NCBI GenBank assembly: GCA_046563655.1
Contig: CM102288.1
Location: 5,022,001-5,086,000, forward strand
Length of the DNA stretch: 64,000 nucleotides
Direction: 5' to 3'
Origin: Yuukianura sp. NJ FZ-2021
Taxonomy: Eukaryota
Shown piece after piece: positions 25,401-36,044 of the stretch. Below the pieces are notes generated by a model, which did no database searches, had not been told where the DNA came from, and saw only the letters and a list, made by a program, of their open reading frames with translations. The first letter of the stretch is position 1. Every line of letters begins with the position of its first letter. A program made the position numbers and the translations under genes.

Positions 25401-26002
25401 AATTTCAAATTCGTAGAATTTTTGGCGCCAAAAACAAACAAGTCATTTCCATTCGTTGCAAGAATAGTCCGCCCTTCTCCGTCTGAAATTCGTTGCAGAT
25501 TTGCGATTTTCCGAGTTTCATTTGAGATGAGGCTGAAGCTCATGAGCGCTAAGTTTGAATTTGGCGTAGTTAAGAACAGAATGGAATTTTGAATGAAAGC
25601 GGAAGAGTATCCCGCTAAAATATTTTGGGTACGACTGACTTTGCCGATCATGAGGATTTCCTTCCGTTTCACGCTAAATTTATACAGAGCATTTGTTGTC
25701 GTGAAGAAGTAGATGTCGCCGGGATCATGCGTAGAGTCTCCCGCTGATGATCGAACTTGAAGTGCCGCGGGCATTCGAATTGCCACGCTAAATTCTTCGC
25801 TTGTAACTGAGTATTTCCATATCAGATGGATCAAATCGGGGTCACGACCTTTCCCGCCCAAAAGATAAATGGTATCTTTACCGTCGTATGCTGGCGCCTG
25901 GGCATTACCGAGCGTAAAGCCACGAAAACTGTTCACCTCGTAACTAAGCACTGATGTTACAAAACTAACAAGAACGCAAAACTTTCCCAGATCACAAAGC
26001 AT
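22465..26002 (-). CDS. Receptor tyrosine kinase (PDGFR/VEGFR/FGFR-like kinase) with a Kelch-like beta-propeller and two Ig domains
   Basis: Exon 26002-25102 encodes the signal peptide and YDGKDTIYLLGG-type blades and splices in phase 1 into the Ig exon starting at 24921. Ig motifs HMGTYTC and DAGNYTC; TM VLPILVTCLVIAIFFMLSIYWF; kinase motifs LGQGEFG, VAFK, HSDLATRN, DFGLSR, LPWRWMALES, SDVWSYGV and CWALDPLLRPTF; stop at 22465. Confidence 0.8.
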
Positions 26003-26609
26003 TTTTTAAAAAAAAATTGATTAAAACTGCTTTAAACTCATTCCACTTGTCCAGGTTTTCACATTGAGTTAAGAATGCTTTAAAGTACCGTAAGTTAGTA
26101 AAGTACCGGTGGAAGGTTTTATATCGATAAAAAGTAAGTTAAAATGTCAAGGTGTTGCAAAACTAGTTTTTTTTAAAATACCAAACCACATCCGCTTCGC
26201 GTCACTTTTTAGTAACCGCGCTGCAATTTCTTAGAACAAATCAGTCATTCTTTCAGTAGAATAATAATTGGAATTAAATGAGTAATAATTCGCTGCGAGC
26301 AACATTTTTATTGTTATTGTTTTATTTTATGGTCTTTTTATCTTAACATCAATTTATACATTAATATGAGACGAATGTAATAAACAAGCTTAACAAAATT
26401 ACCGTGTCCTCATCACTTTGTTAGTTTGGCAGTGGTTAGAAAACTGAGTATTTCAAAAAAGTAACTTAAAAATCTAATCTATAATAAAAATATGTTTTAA
26501 GCATTTTACGTCTCTGAGTGTATATTTCGGTGATAATTTTTTTTGGCAATCATTGATCTGATTTTAAACATGTATGCATCAGTCTGTTCTACACCTTAAG
26601 CCTTGACAT

Positions 26610-27691
26610 TTACACTTCCTCGATGCTATTTGTTGCGACCTTGGGAGGGGTCAACTGTGTAAATCTGGGTGGACCAATACCACGGATTTCGTCCATGAGA
26701 GCTCTGACCAACCACAAGACATAACCTTGGTAGAGCACTTGCGCACAAACCACAAACTCCAATTTCCGATTTTCTCCACTGAACACGTCAATCATGTCAA
26801 AAAGAAGGAAGAAAACCATCATGATCAACTTGATCCACCACCAGGCGTGCAAGTGTCTAAACTTTTCCTAAAATATGAACAAATAGACATTAAAGCAACG
26901 ATTGGGAACAAATTGATACGCTTTCATTGAAACCAAACTCAAAAATTAAACTAGAAAAATTTGAAATTCAGGTTAGGTTACAAAAAATTACTTTTGATGC
27001 TCCCCTGTACAGAATCCACGATAGAACGATTTCGCCAATCAGAAGCAGCAGCAAGAATATCATGACAGTTTCCTCTGAACTCCCTATTGTGAAAATTTTT
27101 GTTTTTTTGCTTTAGGTTCTTGAAATTTAGATTTGAACTTAGGTTTTTGATATTGTGGTGTTTTGTCAGGAATTTTATTAAGGAAGATAACAGCAAACAC
27201 AATTTAAAAAAAGTCTGAAGAGAAATTTTTGTATCATGTCAGAATTAACGAAAAAAAGTTCACTCACTGTCCTCAGCCTCTGTCACAAGACCATTGATTT
27301 CTTTCCCCGGTATGAACCTAAACAAATTTCAGAGAAACTGAAAGTTTTTGAACATCAATTGACTCATAATTTACAAAAAAATTAACCAAATTTTAAATTT
27401 AAAAAAAAAATTAAAACTCAACTTAAAAATTAAAAATCTAAAAATTTTAGAATAAATAAATACATTTTTGAGATCTTACGGTATGGGTGTAGATGAAAAT
27501 TGATTTGGCTTGGAAGTTGTAGAGTCAGGGTTGACATTTCTTGAAGATTTTGGCTTAATAGAGTAATTCTTCGTACTGGCCAAAAGCACAATAGTGCCGA
27601 CAGCAGTTACAATATAAATTGAGAGTTCAAACAGTGCAATAAACTTTACCCCTTTCTTCAAAGTGATCCCAAAACAACATGGACTAATCAT
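26610..27691 (-). CDS. Small multi-pass membrane protein (arthropod DUF4728/LAPTM-like)
   Basis: Starts MISPCCFGITLKKGVKFIALFELS (typical CC start followed by a TM helix); further hydrophobic exons near 27110-26992 and 26867-26610 (WWWIKLIMMVFFLL, QVLYQGYVLWLVRAL). Confidence 0.6.
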
Positions 27692-28322
27692 AATGACTGA
27701 AAATATATACTTTTTGAAAAAAAAAACCGAAAGAGATAATTTTTCTTCAAAAACTAAACTCAGCACATTCTTCTCTGATATCCCGTTTGACTTTTGCCTT
27801 GTCCAAAAAGATTGCCTTGAGAAGATGCTCAGAAAACCGGGATGAGGGGATGAGGAATTTTCCTTCACCCTCCCCATCATCGCCAAGGTGAATTGCACTT
27901 TCCTATTGTAGTCTTTTTCTTATTGTTGTTTCAGTCTGAACAGCTATACCAAAAACAAGATTTCTTTTTCGGTAAGATTCTTCCAGACTGCTAAGGTTAC
28001 TAATGAAAACCTCCAGCTTTGTCTTTACTACCGTAAACGGCCAAATAGGTGGAAAGTTGAATAGTCATTTAATAGAAAAAAAAAATTCGTAATCTTTGAA
28101 AGGTCTGAGACGAAAAACTCTCTTTCTTTTTTTTAGATTCCCTTGTTTTCCGTTTTCATTTTAAACAGAGCTATTGTGCCCGTTCCATGTTATCATCAAA
28201 ACTCAATGAATTCCAAAATTTCTCTACTTCCAAATTCTAAGACTGAAACACTCAACTAAAGTTAATGTCAACTTAAAGTTCTAAACATTAAGTTTTATTT
28301 AAGTTAAACTTTTAGAAAATTT

Positions 28323-28755
28323 TTATTTTGGTCGCAACTTTGAGCGACAGTTACTAAATGAAGAAATGGCATCGTTAAAATTAACTTTAACTAAACTGTT
28401 TGTGCCAAACTGATGTTTTTTGAGTCGAATTGCACGTCCAGAACAGTCGTAATCTTCCCAGCCAATGATACAAAGTTCCCCTGGATCAACTGACGAGGCG
28501 TAGTCGTTCCAAACTTCGTCCAAATTCACACATCTCTCCCAGCCAACAAAAATTCTCTTGCTGTAGCCTAAACCCAAATGCAAAAAACGAATTTCTACTG
28601 AATTGAAATCATTGAATTTGGATTTGTTTGTAAATACCTCTGTAGTCATCATGCTCGTAGATTCGGATGTATCCAGATTCCGGTTTCTCCACAGAAACAA
28701 AAATCATCCAAATATTGTACACAATGAGAGCCAAATAGTTAATCATCGACAACAT
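28323..28755 (-). CDS. Secreted beta/gamma-crystallin-like protein A; 2 exons, intron 28568-28637
   Basis: Hydrophobic leader MLSMINYLALIVYNIWMIFVSV; Greek-key-type motifs IRIYEHDDYRG, WNDYASSV, WEDYDCSG and FNDAISSF. Confidence 0.75.
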
Positions 28756-29110
28756 TTCGCTAAACTCAGACTTCACAAAATGGATTTACTTATAGTCCAA
28801 TGCTGCACTAATCTAAACTAACTCCAAAGTCAGTTAATTTCAGAAAAGTGATACAATTAGCACTAATTTGGAAACCACAGCTTTAATTTGTAGAACAAAC
28901 ACAATCGTGTTTTACAAGGTTGTCCCGAAAAACGCAACTTTTACGGAAAAACATTCGCCAGATTACAAGATTACACCATTAACATATGTTATGAATAACT
29001 CCAAATATGTTGAGCCAAAATAATTCATTATTTTCTATAATACATAAGTATTTTGGATGCACAAAGACTAACATACCTTTTACATTACTTTAGCATTACT
29101 TATAACATTA

Positions 29111-30157
29111 CAAGGTATGATACCCGCTTGTGAAAGCGGGGCTAGCTTTTGAGGTAGTGTATACGAACACACATAGAAAAACGTATCACTTATGGGAACC
29201 CGCTACTCACTCGAGACACATGCTGACCCGCTTGGACTATTTTTATGAAAATTATCCTACCCTACGGCCTACGCTTTGCCCAGGCGGAAATCCCTTAAAA
29301 CTACCCGTCCATCCAATTAATGTTTAACATGTAGAGACAACAATTTACTGTGGAACTTAATTCTTTTTGATGCCAAAAGTCACAGAATTAACGCGCCATA
29401 CGTCAACCGAGCCCATTTGACCGCCTCTTTCGAATGATATATCACAGGCATGTTTGTATGTACTTCTTATGGGGTCATCGCCATAGATCAAAGGTCAAAG
29501 GTCACAGGTCAATCTCATATATCAATCGACTGCATTTGACTTTGAGCCTCCTTTTTCGAACAACATACACATGCCTATGTTCAGCTTAATTCTATATGAG
29601 GTCACCGCGCTAAGTCAAGGGTTAGAAGTCACAGGTCATCATGTCATGCATAAATCCACTCCACTGGACATCCCCTTTCGAATGATATATTGCATTTCTG
29701 GGTTTGGTTTAATTCTATGTGGGGTCACCGCTCTGGGTCAAGGGTCAAAGGCCACACATCATAGTGTCATACGTCAATCAACTCCTTTCAGCCTCCCCGT
29801 TCGAATGATATATCACATGCCTATGTTCGGCTTAATTCTATGTCAAGTCACCGGTCTGGGTCAAAGGTCAAAGGTCACAGGTCAGGTCAATGTGTCATAC
29901 ATCAATCGACTGCATTTGGCCTCTGCTTTCGAACGACATGTCACTTGCCTGTGTTTGGTACGATTTTGTGAGGTCATTGCGCTAGGTCAAGGGTCAAAGG
30001 TCACAGGTCAAAATGTCACATAGCCTATGCTCTTTGGGGTGACCTTGGGAAGAAAAGGACACCTCATTTGTCCAAATCGGTGCAGTAGTTTTGGAGGAGT
30101 AGCAGGACACACACACACACACACAGATAAACAGGGTCTCGATTTTATATAAGTAGA
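29111..30157 (-). mobile_element. Non-autonomous Helitron (~1.05 kb) with a (TG)n microsatellite and internal ~125-bp tandem repeats
   Basis: On the minus strand: 5' end A|TCTACTTATATAAAA followed by (TG)n; 3' hairpin CCCGCTT-TCAC-AAGCGGG, then CTTG|T. Inserted between A and T with no TSD. Confidence 0.75.
29400..30020. repeat. About 5 diverged tandem copies of a ~125-bp unit containing GGTCAAAGGTCACAGGTCA
   Basis: Recurring blocks: cgtcaa/tcaatcgactgcattt, ttcgaatgatatatcacatgcctatgtt, ggtcaccgc, ggtcaa(a/g)ggtcaaaggtcacaggtca. Confidence 0.85.
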
Positions 30158-30179
30158 TAGCTGGTTTAACCTTATCATT

Positions 30180-30838
30180 TTAGCAAAGTTTGATCGCTGA
30201 AACAGCGTCGTTCAAGTTGATGTCTACGAGTTTCGCTGTTCCAAAGGAATGTTGCTCCAGTTTTACACCTCGTCGCTTGCAAAACTGGTCATCATAAACG
30301 AGAATCTGCAAGAAGTGAAAAACACGTTGCAAAAATATCAAAATAATTCATGTCATAAAATTTCTCAAATATTTTTAGAAATTTTTGAAATGAAGAGATA
30401 CTGATACATACGCAGTTATCTCCAGGGTCAATGGAGGAAACTCTATCGTTCCATTTTGGAGCCAGTGTCAAGCACTTCTTAGGCTTCAGCGCGAGTTCAG
30501 TTTTTTCCCCAATTTCACCTTAATTATGACCCAAAATAAAATTAACACAAAGCTTCCAAATAAAACTAAGAAATATTTAGATTTTTTACATCGAACAGGT
30601 AACTTACCTTCATTGTAGTTTTCATTTTCATAAACTGTAATTTTAACTACGTCGTCGTCATCGGTACTGCCCCATGAAACAGCCACTTGAAAAAAACAAA
30701 AATATTTGAATGTATGTAAAAAATCATGAAATAACTTTACTAAACTTAGCCAGCAACATACAAAAAAACTGGCATTTTTAGCTTACCCGCAAGCGTCACG
30801 GTAAAGACGCAAAGTTTGCAACAACTGATGGTTCTCAT
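30180..30838 (-). CDS. Secreted beta/gamma-crystallin-like protein B; 4 exons (30838-30787, 30685-30608, 30518-30412, 30305-30180)
   Basis: Leader MRTISCCKLCVFTVTLAVAVSWG; ITVYENENYNEG, CLTLAPKWNDRVSSIDPGDNCILVYDDQFC and LNDAVSAIKLC. All splice phases are compatible, and it is clearly paralogous to protein A. Confidence 0.75.
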
Positions 30839-31251
30839 CGTTTCAATTTCATTTGCGCAACTAATTCAGCCAGAAGAAAAAGCAAGTAGTTAGGAATTTA
30901 TTTACTCACAAAAAGCTCTTAATGAACACAATTAATCGGATGAACTAATTAAAAACTAACCTAACAACTTTTAAGAAGACCCGTAATTAGCAAAAGTAAA
31001 TGTGTACGGTGGGTTGGGATGTCGTAATAGGCTAAAAGTGTAACTACAAACCTAACCAAAATTGGTGCAACAGTGAGCTGTTAATTGCGAACTGCATAAC
31101 CAACAATGTTGCACTTTCGAAGAATCACGTATTTAGCATTAAACGAATCTGCATGAACACGTCGTGAAAAAATACAAGGCGATAATTGCAAATTGACACT
31201 TAATTTCTATACGGAGAAGCAATAAGTTGTTGAATATCAATCCTGAGTATC

Positions 31252-34200
31252 TTACATGGTACTCATAGTAAATTTTGCACGTTTTGCACTAGTCGCCGTG
31301 GAACTGTCATCTTCCGCTGCAGAACCAGCATGTGCTTGGTCATGATGAGTCACTTCATGGGCCTTCTTCTTTTCAATTGTAGGAAATACGCCAGGGCAGT
31401 GGGAGCATCCAAAATACTTTTTGAGCTCAATTGCTGAAAGACGAAAAGCAGGAGCCGGTTTGCTCATTGAGATATTCGCTGATGAAGTTGATCTTGATAC
31501 AGAAGAATTCGTTTTTGAACTGACAGCTTCAAGGGCTGAAGCAACTTCAACAGTAACATCTACTGGAACAGTGAGTGAAGGCGACGAAGGAAGTGCCGTA
31601 ACCTCTTTAGGCTTAGGCGTTGCTGGTCGTGAGCACTCGGGGTCAGAGATGTCGATGACCTCAATCTCCAAATCTGAAAGCGGACGAACAGCATGTGAAC
31701 TTTTACGTGGACGTGCGGCTGGTTGAGACACAAACGCAGGTAGATTATAAGAACTGGATGTTGACGTTGCCGGTCTAAAGCTTAATGTTGGAGTGGTAGC
31801 ACTTAGGATTCGAGGACGTTTTGCTTCTGGCAGTATTGCATTTCCATATGGACCAAGATTATGAACGTTCAAATCTCCGCCTGCGGCTAAAATTCCAAGT
31901 TTTTTAGCAGCTTGAAGAAACGGGTCGGTACGAGGAACAGGATAGGAGTTCATGATTATGTTGGATTGAGTTGCAGGGGCGATTGGGATAACGTCAGCAT
32001 CCGATGAATTCATTATATTCATCTAGGACAAAATCATTCACAACATTCGATTACTACTAAATGAACCATGTCAACCGATTAATCAGGACAAAATCTAATT
32101 AACATAGTTAGACGAGTTATATTAAATCTCTGGTGTTACCTGTACGTTTCGAAGAAGTGTTGGTAGCGATATAGTCGGCGGTTCGCGCTCGCAAAATTCC
32201 AATCCTTTTGGTTTCCTTTTTTTAACTGGAGTTGGAGTACCCATCTTCTGTGGTTCTAGGTTTCTGTAAAAATTCATTAAGTACAAATCAAAACAATGTA
32301 AAATGATAAGAAATTGAATGTTTCCTACTTCGGTTGTGGTTTTGGTTGAATAGATGAGCAGCTGATTGAGTCCAGTTCGATACAGTCTGCTGACGTGTCG
32401 GATTTCCTTATCAGATGAACCGAACCGCCCGTCTTCTTTTTAGCCACGTTCCGTATAACTTGCTTCCTAAAATTAAATTAAATCCAGTTGCCGTTATACA
32501 TATATGAACTAATTTTTAGTGTTTCTCACTTATGTTGAACTTTTGCTTCTGGAGATGAGATAACGACTACTTCACGTTCTGCACCTTGCGAGGAGTAAGA
32601 TTTAGTGATAAGATGCGAACCGCCTGTTTTCTTTTTTGCTACGTTTCTTGTTGTCTTTCCAAGGGTTCTGTAAAATAGTAATCGGTAAGCTTTTGCAAAT
32701 ATTACGGCATTTACTGTAGTTTTACCTTGTGAATTCAACCTTAGGAACTGGAGGATGGTTGATCTTTTCAACTTCTGACGGGGATTCTGGTGGTTTATTT
32801 TTCCGATCAAGTCTGGCTTGAACCTGCATTCCAATATGGCGAAGAGCATGAGAATAAGCAGTGACTGGAGCAGCTTTAGAGCAAAACTCGGCAACTCCCT
32901 GGGCAAGGCTAAAGTTTTCCATGAGCGAACTCTCAACAGCTGCCACAGTCTTATCTAGTCGTTCCTGCAGAGCTACCACGCTTTTCCGTAGAAAGCTGAT
33001 ATCACAAAGACGTTCGTAACAGTTTGGACAATACGAAGCACTCATCAACATAAACGTTGAAGACAAATCCAGCCGGAGCTCTTCTTGTACTGATATCGCC
33101 AGTGATGTAGTCCAAGCAGTGACTCTAGGATCATCTGAATTTCCAGACGTATAAAAGGAACGACGTTGAAGTACTTGAATTTCGCTATTCGAGCAAATCA
33201 GACAGTGTGTCTTTATTCCTGGCCCTGTAACTCTGTTAAATTAAACATTAATAATAAGGTTTATTCAATTCAAATAGCTCATGATTGTATTGTGCTGTGA
33301 GTTGTCAGATACACTTACTCTTCCACTTTTGGTTTGGGCTCACGATCACCTTCCGGTTGGGCAGCAGATTTTGAAATCGGCTTAATTCTCAAACCGGCTC
33401 TCTTTCCGGCTTTCGTTAGCTTTTTCTTTGTCTGAGTTATGTCCGGCTTCTTCCTAGAACCACACAATTATTCAACTATGTATGTGTACTAGTGAGCAAT
33501 GACGAATTAATTTTCGCGGTCATGGACTCACTTTTCTTTTATCTCCTCTTCATTGTTTGAAGGCGCCTTCGAAGTTGAATCTGGATTAGATTTTGCCCTA
33601 AATCTTAACCCAACTCTCCTTAGAGATTTCTTGAGCACTGGATTCTTAACTGACTTCTTTGTCTTCGCACTGAAATCAAAAGCATAAGCAATACCAAATC
33701 AGCTTATTGATTGGCACGTGATTTTGAGTTGGATGGAGCATGTGAACTGTGTGAACTTACTCATCCTCCTTCGATATGAGGTCGTCATTATTTGACTTCG
33801 ACTCTGGTGACCCTAAAACGGGCCTGGGCCGAATCCTTAAGCTATTTTTTACTCCTGGTCCTGACTTCTTCAACAACATCTTTGCTCTCTCTGACTTTTT
33901 CGTTTTCCGGCTCACAAGGACCGAGGTCGCCGACGTATGAGTTTCAGTCTTTTTAGCTGTAGTGTGGGCTGTTTGTGTATTTGGCGACTCCTCCTTAGCA
34001 GTTATAATCTCATTTGGATAAGGATTTGCCTTTGTTGGTTTTCCGTCGTTAAAGTGGAGGCTACATATCTATAAAAAGAAAAACGACAACCATCAATAAT
34101 TGGTGCTAAACGCAGTACCTCCTGTGAAATATCCTGCTCGAAATTGCAATATTTAATGTACCGTTGTAGTCCGCTTGTCGTGATGTTCAACTCCATAGTT

Positions 34201-34386
34201 TTTGTATTTGTGTTCTGGCAGTTTGACACTGTAGAAAGTATAAGGTTTTGGACATCCACACAACATGCGAATTTTGGTAGGATGAAGTCGACATTTCTCC
34301 AATTCCCATACGACTAAAGTATGGTCACTATGCAGACATCCAGTGACCGCACAGGTGCGGATGGTTGAACCTTTCCTTATTCCCAT
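31252..34386 (-). CDS. Multi-exon nuclear protein: THAP-like N-terminus, Lys-rich region, ZAD-like Cys domain, single C2H2 finger
   Basis: CAVTGC...CGCPKPYTFY joins across an intron (~34160-34071) to ICSLHFNDGKPTKANPYP, a THAP C2CH signature. Also CLICSNSE...YCPNCYERLCDI and CSHCPGVFPTIEKKKAHEVTHH. Not every exon join was verified. Confidence 0.6.
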
Positions 34387-35004
34387 GAACTAAATTAAAA
34401 GTAATCGAACATCAAATCTAACGAAACCGATTAATTCGATCAATCACTGATAGATGCTCAGTTCCGCTTTCCACAAAACCCTTGGTCAACGTAAAAAAAA
34501 CACGAAGTAAACAAAACCACGAGTGTATTCAGAGAATATGATGTGGGTCTAACTAAACCTCGGAATTACTCTGACGTGAAGTTGCGACTCGGGAAAATAT
34601 GTGCTATTGTTGTTGTTGTAGTTCTAAGTTTACTGTCGTGGGTTAGTTACTTTCATCAAAACAAAAATGGTTGTTTTTTTTCGTAATTTGATGATTTTCA
34701 GTGTGCTGAGTAAGGATTTAGCCGCGGAAACCCAACTTTCCACTGCTTTCAATCTTTTCAAAATTTTGGAAAAAAAATTTCGAAGAATTTTTTTTTAAGA
34801 AAATTTTGAAAAAAAAGAAGAAATCTGGCATTTGAAGCAATTGACGTTTAGAAGAACCAATGGTTTTAGAAATAATTTCTGAAACATTTGACCTTTAAGG
34901 AGCAATTCGATTTGAAACAACTCCTTGAAGAAAGGTGTGTAGACACCATTCATTTGAAACAATAATGGCGTGCTTCGCAAAAACTCATAAACCTAAGTTA
35001 GATA

Positions 35005-35789
35005 CAGACCTGGGCACCAGTGGGCATGTCAGCCCCCCTCCGACCGGGGGTTCCCTCTCCCCCCTCCGACCAATATGTATTTTTTTTTTCATTTTTTTCA
35101 AAGAAATTTTTCGATTTGACATCCGAGAATTGCTTCCGACTCAGCAAATTAACCGGAGTAAAAATTTCCCTGCGCCGTTAGGCGCAGCGAAATTTTGGAT
35201 TTGGACATTCAAAAGTCGCTTCTGACCCCGCAAATTGAAGATAAACCGGAATAAAACTGAAACTGCGCCGTTAGGCGCAGAGAATTTTTGGATTTGAACG
35301 TTCGAAAGTCACTGCTGACCACGCAAATTGAAGGTAAACCAGAGAGGAAAAATAAAACTGCGCCGTTAGGCGCAGAGAAATTTTGGATTTGAACTTGCAA
35401 AAGTCGCTTCTGACTCCGCAAATTGAAGGTAAACCGGAATAAAACTGAAACTGCGCCGCTAGGCGCAGAGAAATTTTGGATTTGAACGTTCGAAAGTCAC
35501 TGCTGACCACGCAAATTGAAGGTAAACCAGAGAGGAAAAATAAAACTGCGCCGTTAGGCGCAGAGAAATTTTGTATTTGACATCAGAAAATTGCCTCCCG
35601 CCCTGCAAATTGAAGCCCAATCGGAATCAAATGAAACTGCGCCGTTAGGCGCAGCGAAATTTTGAATTTGGACATTCAAAGTCGCTTCAAAACCCTCCGA
35701 TCTTGTAATTTTTGCGGACCCCCTCCGACCTGTCAAATTCTCCCAGACCCCTCCGTACATACCCTACATACCCTAGGTGCCCACGTCTG
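35005..35789. mobile_element. Non-autonomous hAT-type element (785 bp) with internal ~94-bp tandem repeats
   Basis: TIRs CAGACCTGGGCACC / GGTGCCCACGTCTG (1 mismatch) and a perfect 8-bp TSD GTTAGATA (34997-35004, 35790-35797). Confidence 0.9.
35110..35690. repeat. About 6 tandem copies of a ~94-bp unit with the hairpin core CTGCGCC-GTTA-GGCGCAG
   Basis: Core seen near 35170, 35263, 35358, 35451, 35546 and 35637. Confidence 0.9.
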
Positions 35790-36044
35790 GTTAGATAGGT
35801 TAAGCCTTTTCTCCTTTTTTTGACAATTTTATTGCAGTTATTTCTACGAAAATAAGAACATAAAATTTATCTTAAAATAGATGTACCTTTTTGTCTGCTA
35901 ACTGAAGCAAAAATGTCCAAAAAACTTACTAGCCATTCAGTTATTGCGCGTCGCTTGGTTAAGAGAAATAGAAGAAATTGTTGAAATATATTTGAATATA
36001 ACAGGTTGAATTAAATTCGGTAACGGAGCTGTGTAATACGTAAA

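Noticed and set aside
26122..26129. DRE motif TATCGATA upstream of the RTK (also at 55236)
   Set aside because: A single 8-mer in AT-rich DNA is not sufficient evidence on its own.
29571..30023. 150-aa repetitive ORF
   Set aside because: It is read-through of the Helitron internal repeats, with no Rep/helicase motifs.
35110..35690. CRISPR-like array (palindromic repeat at regular spacing)
   Set aside because: The intervening sequences are themselves near-identical, there are no cas genes, the context is eukaryotic, and the array lies inside a TIR/TSD-bounded transposon.
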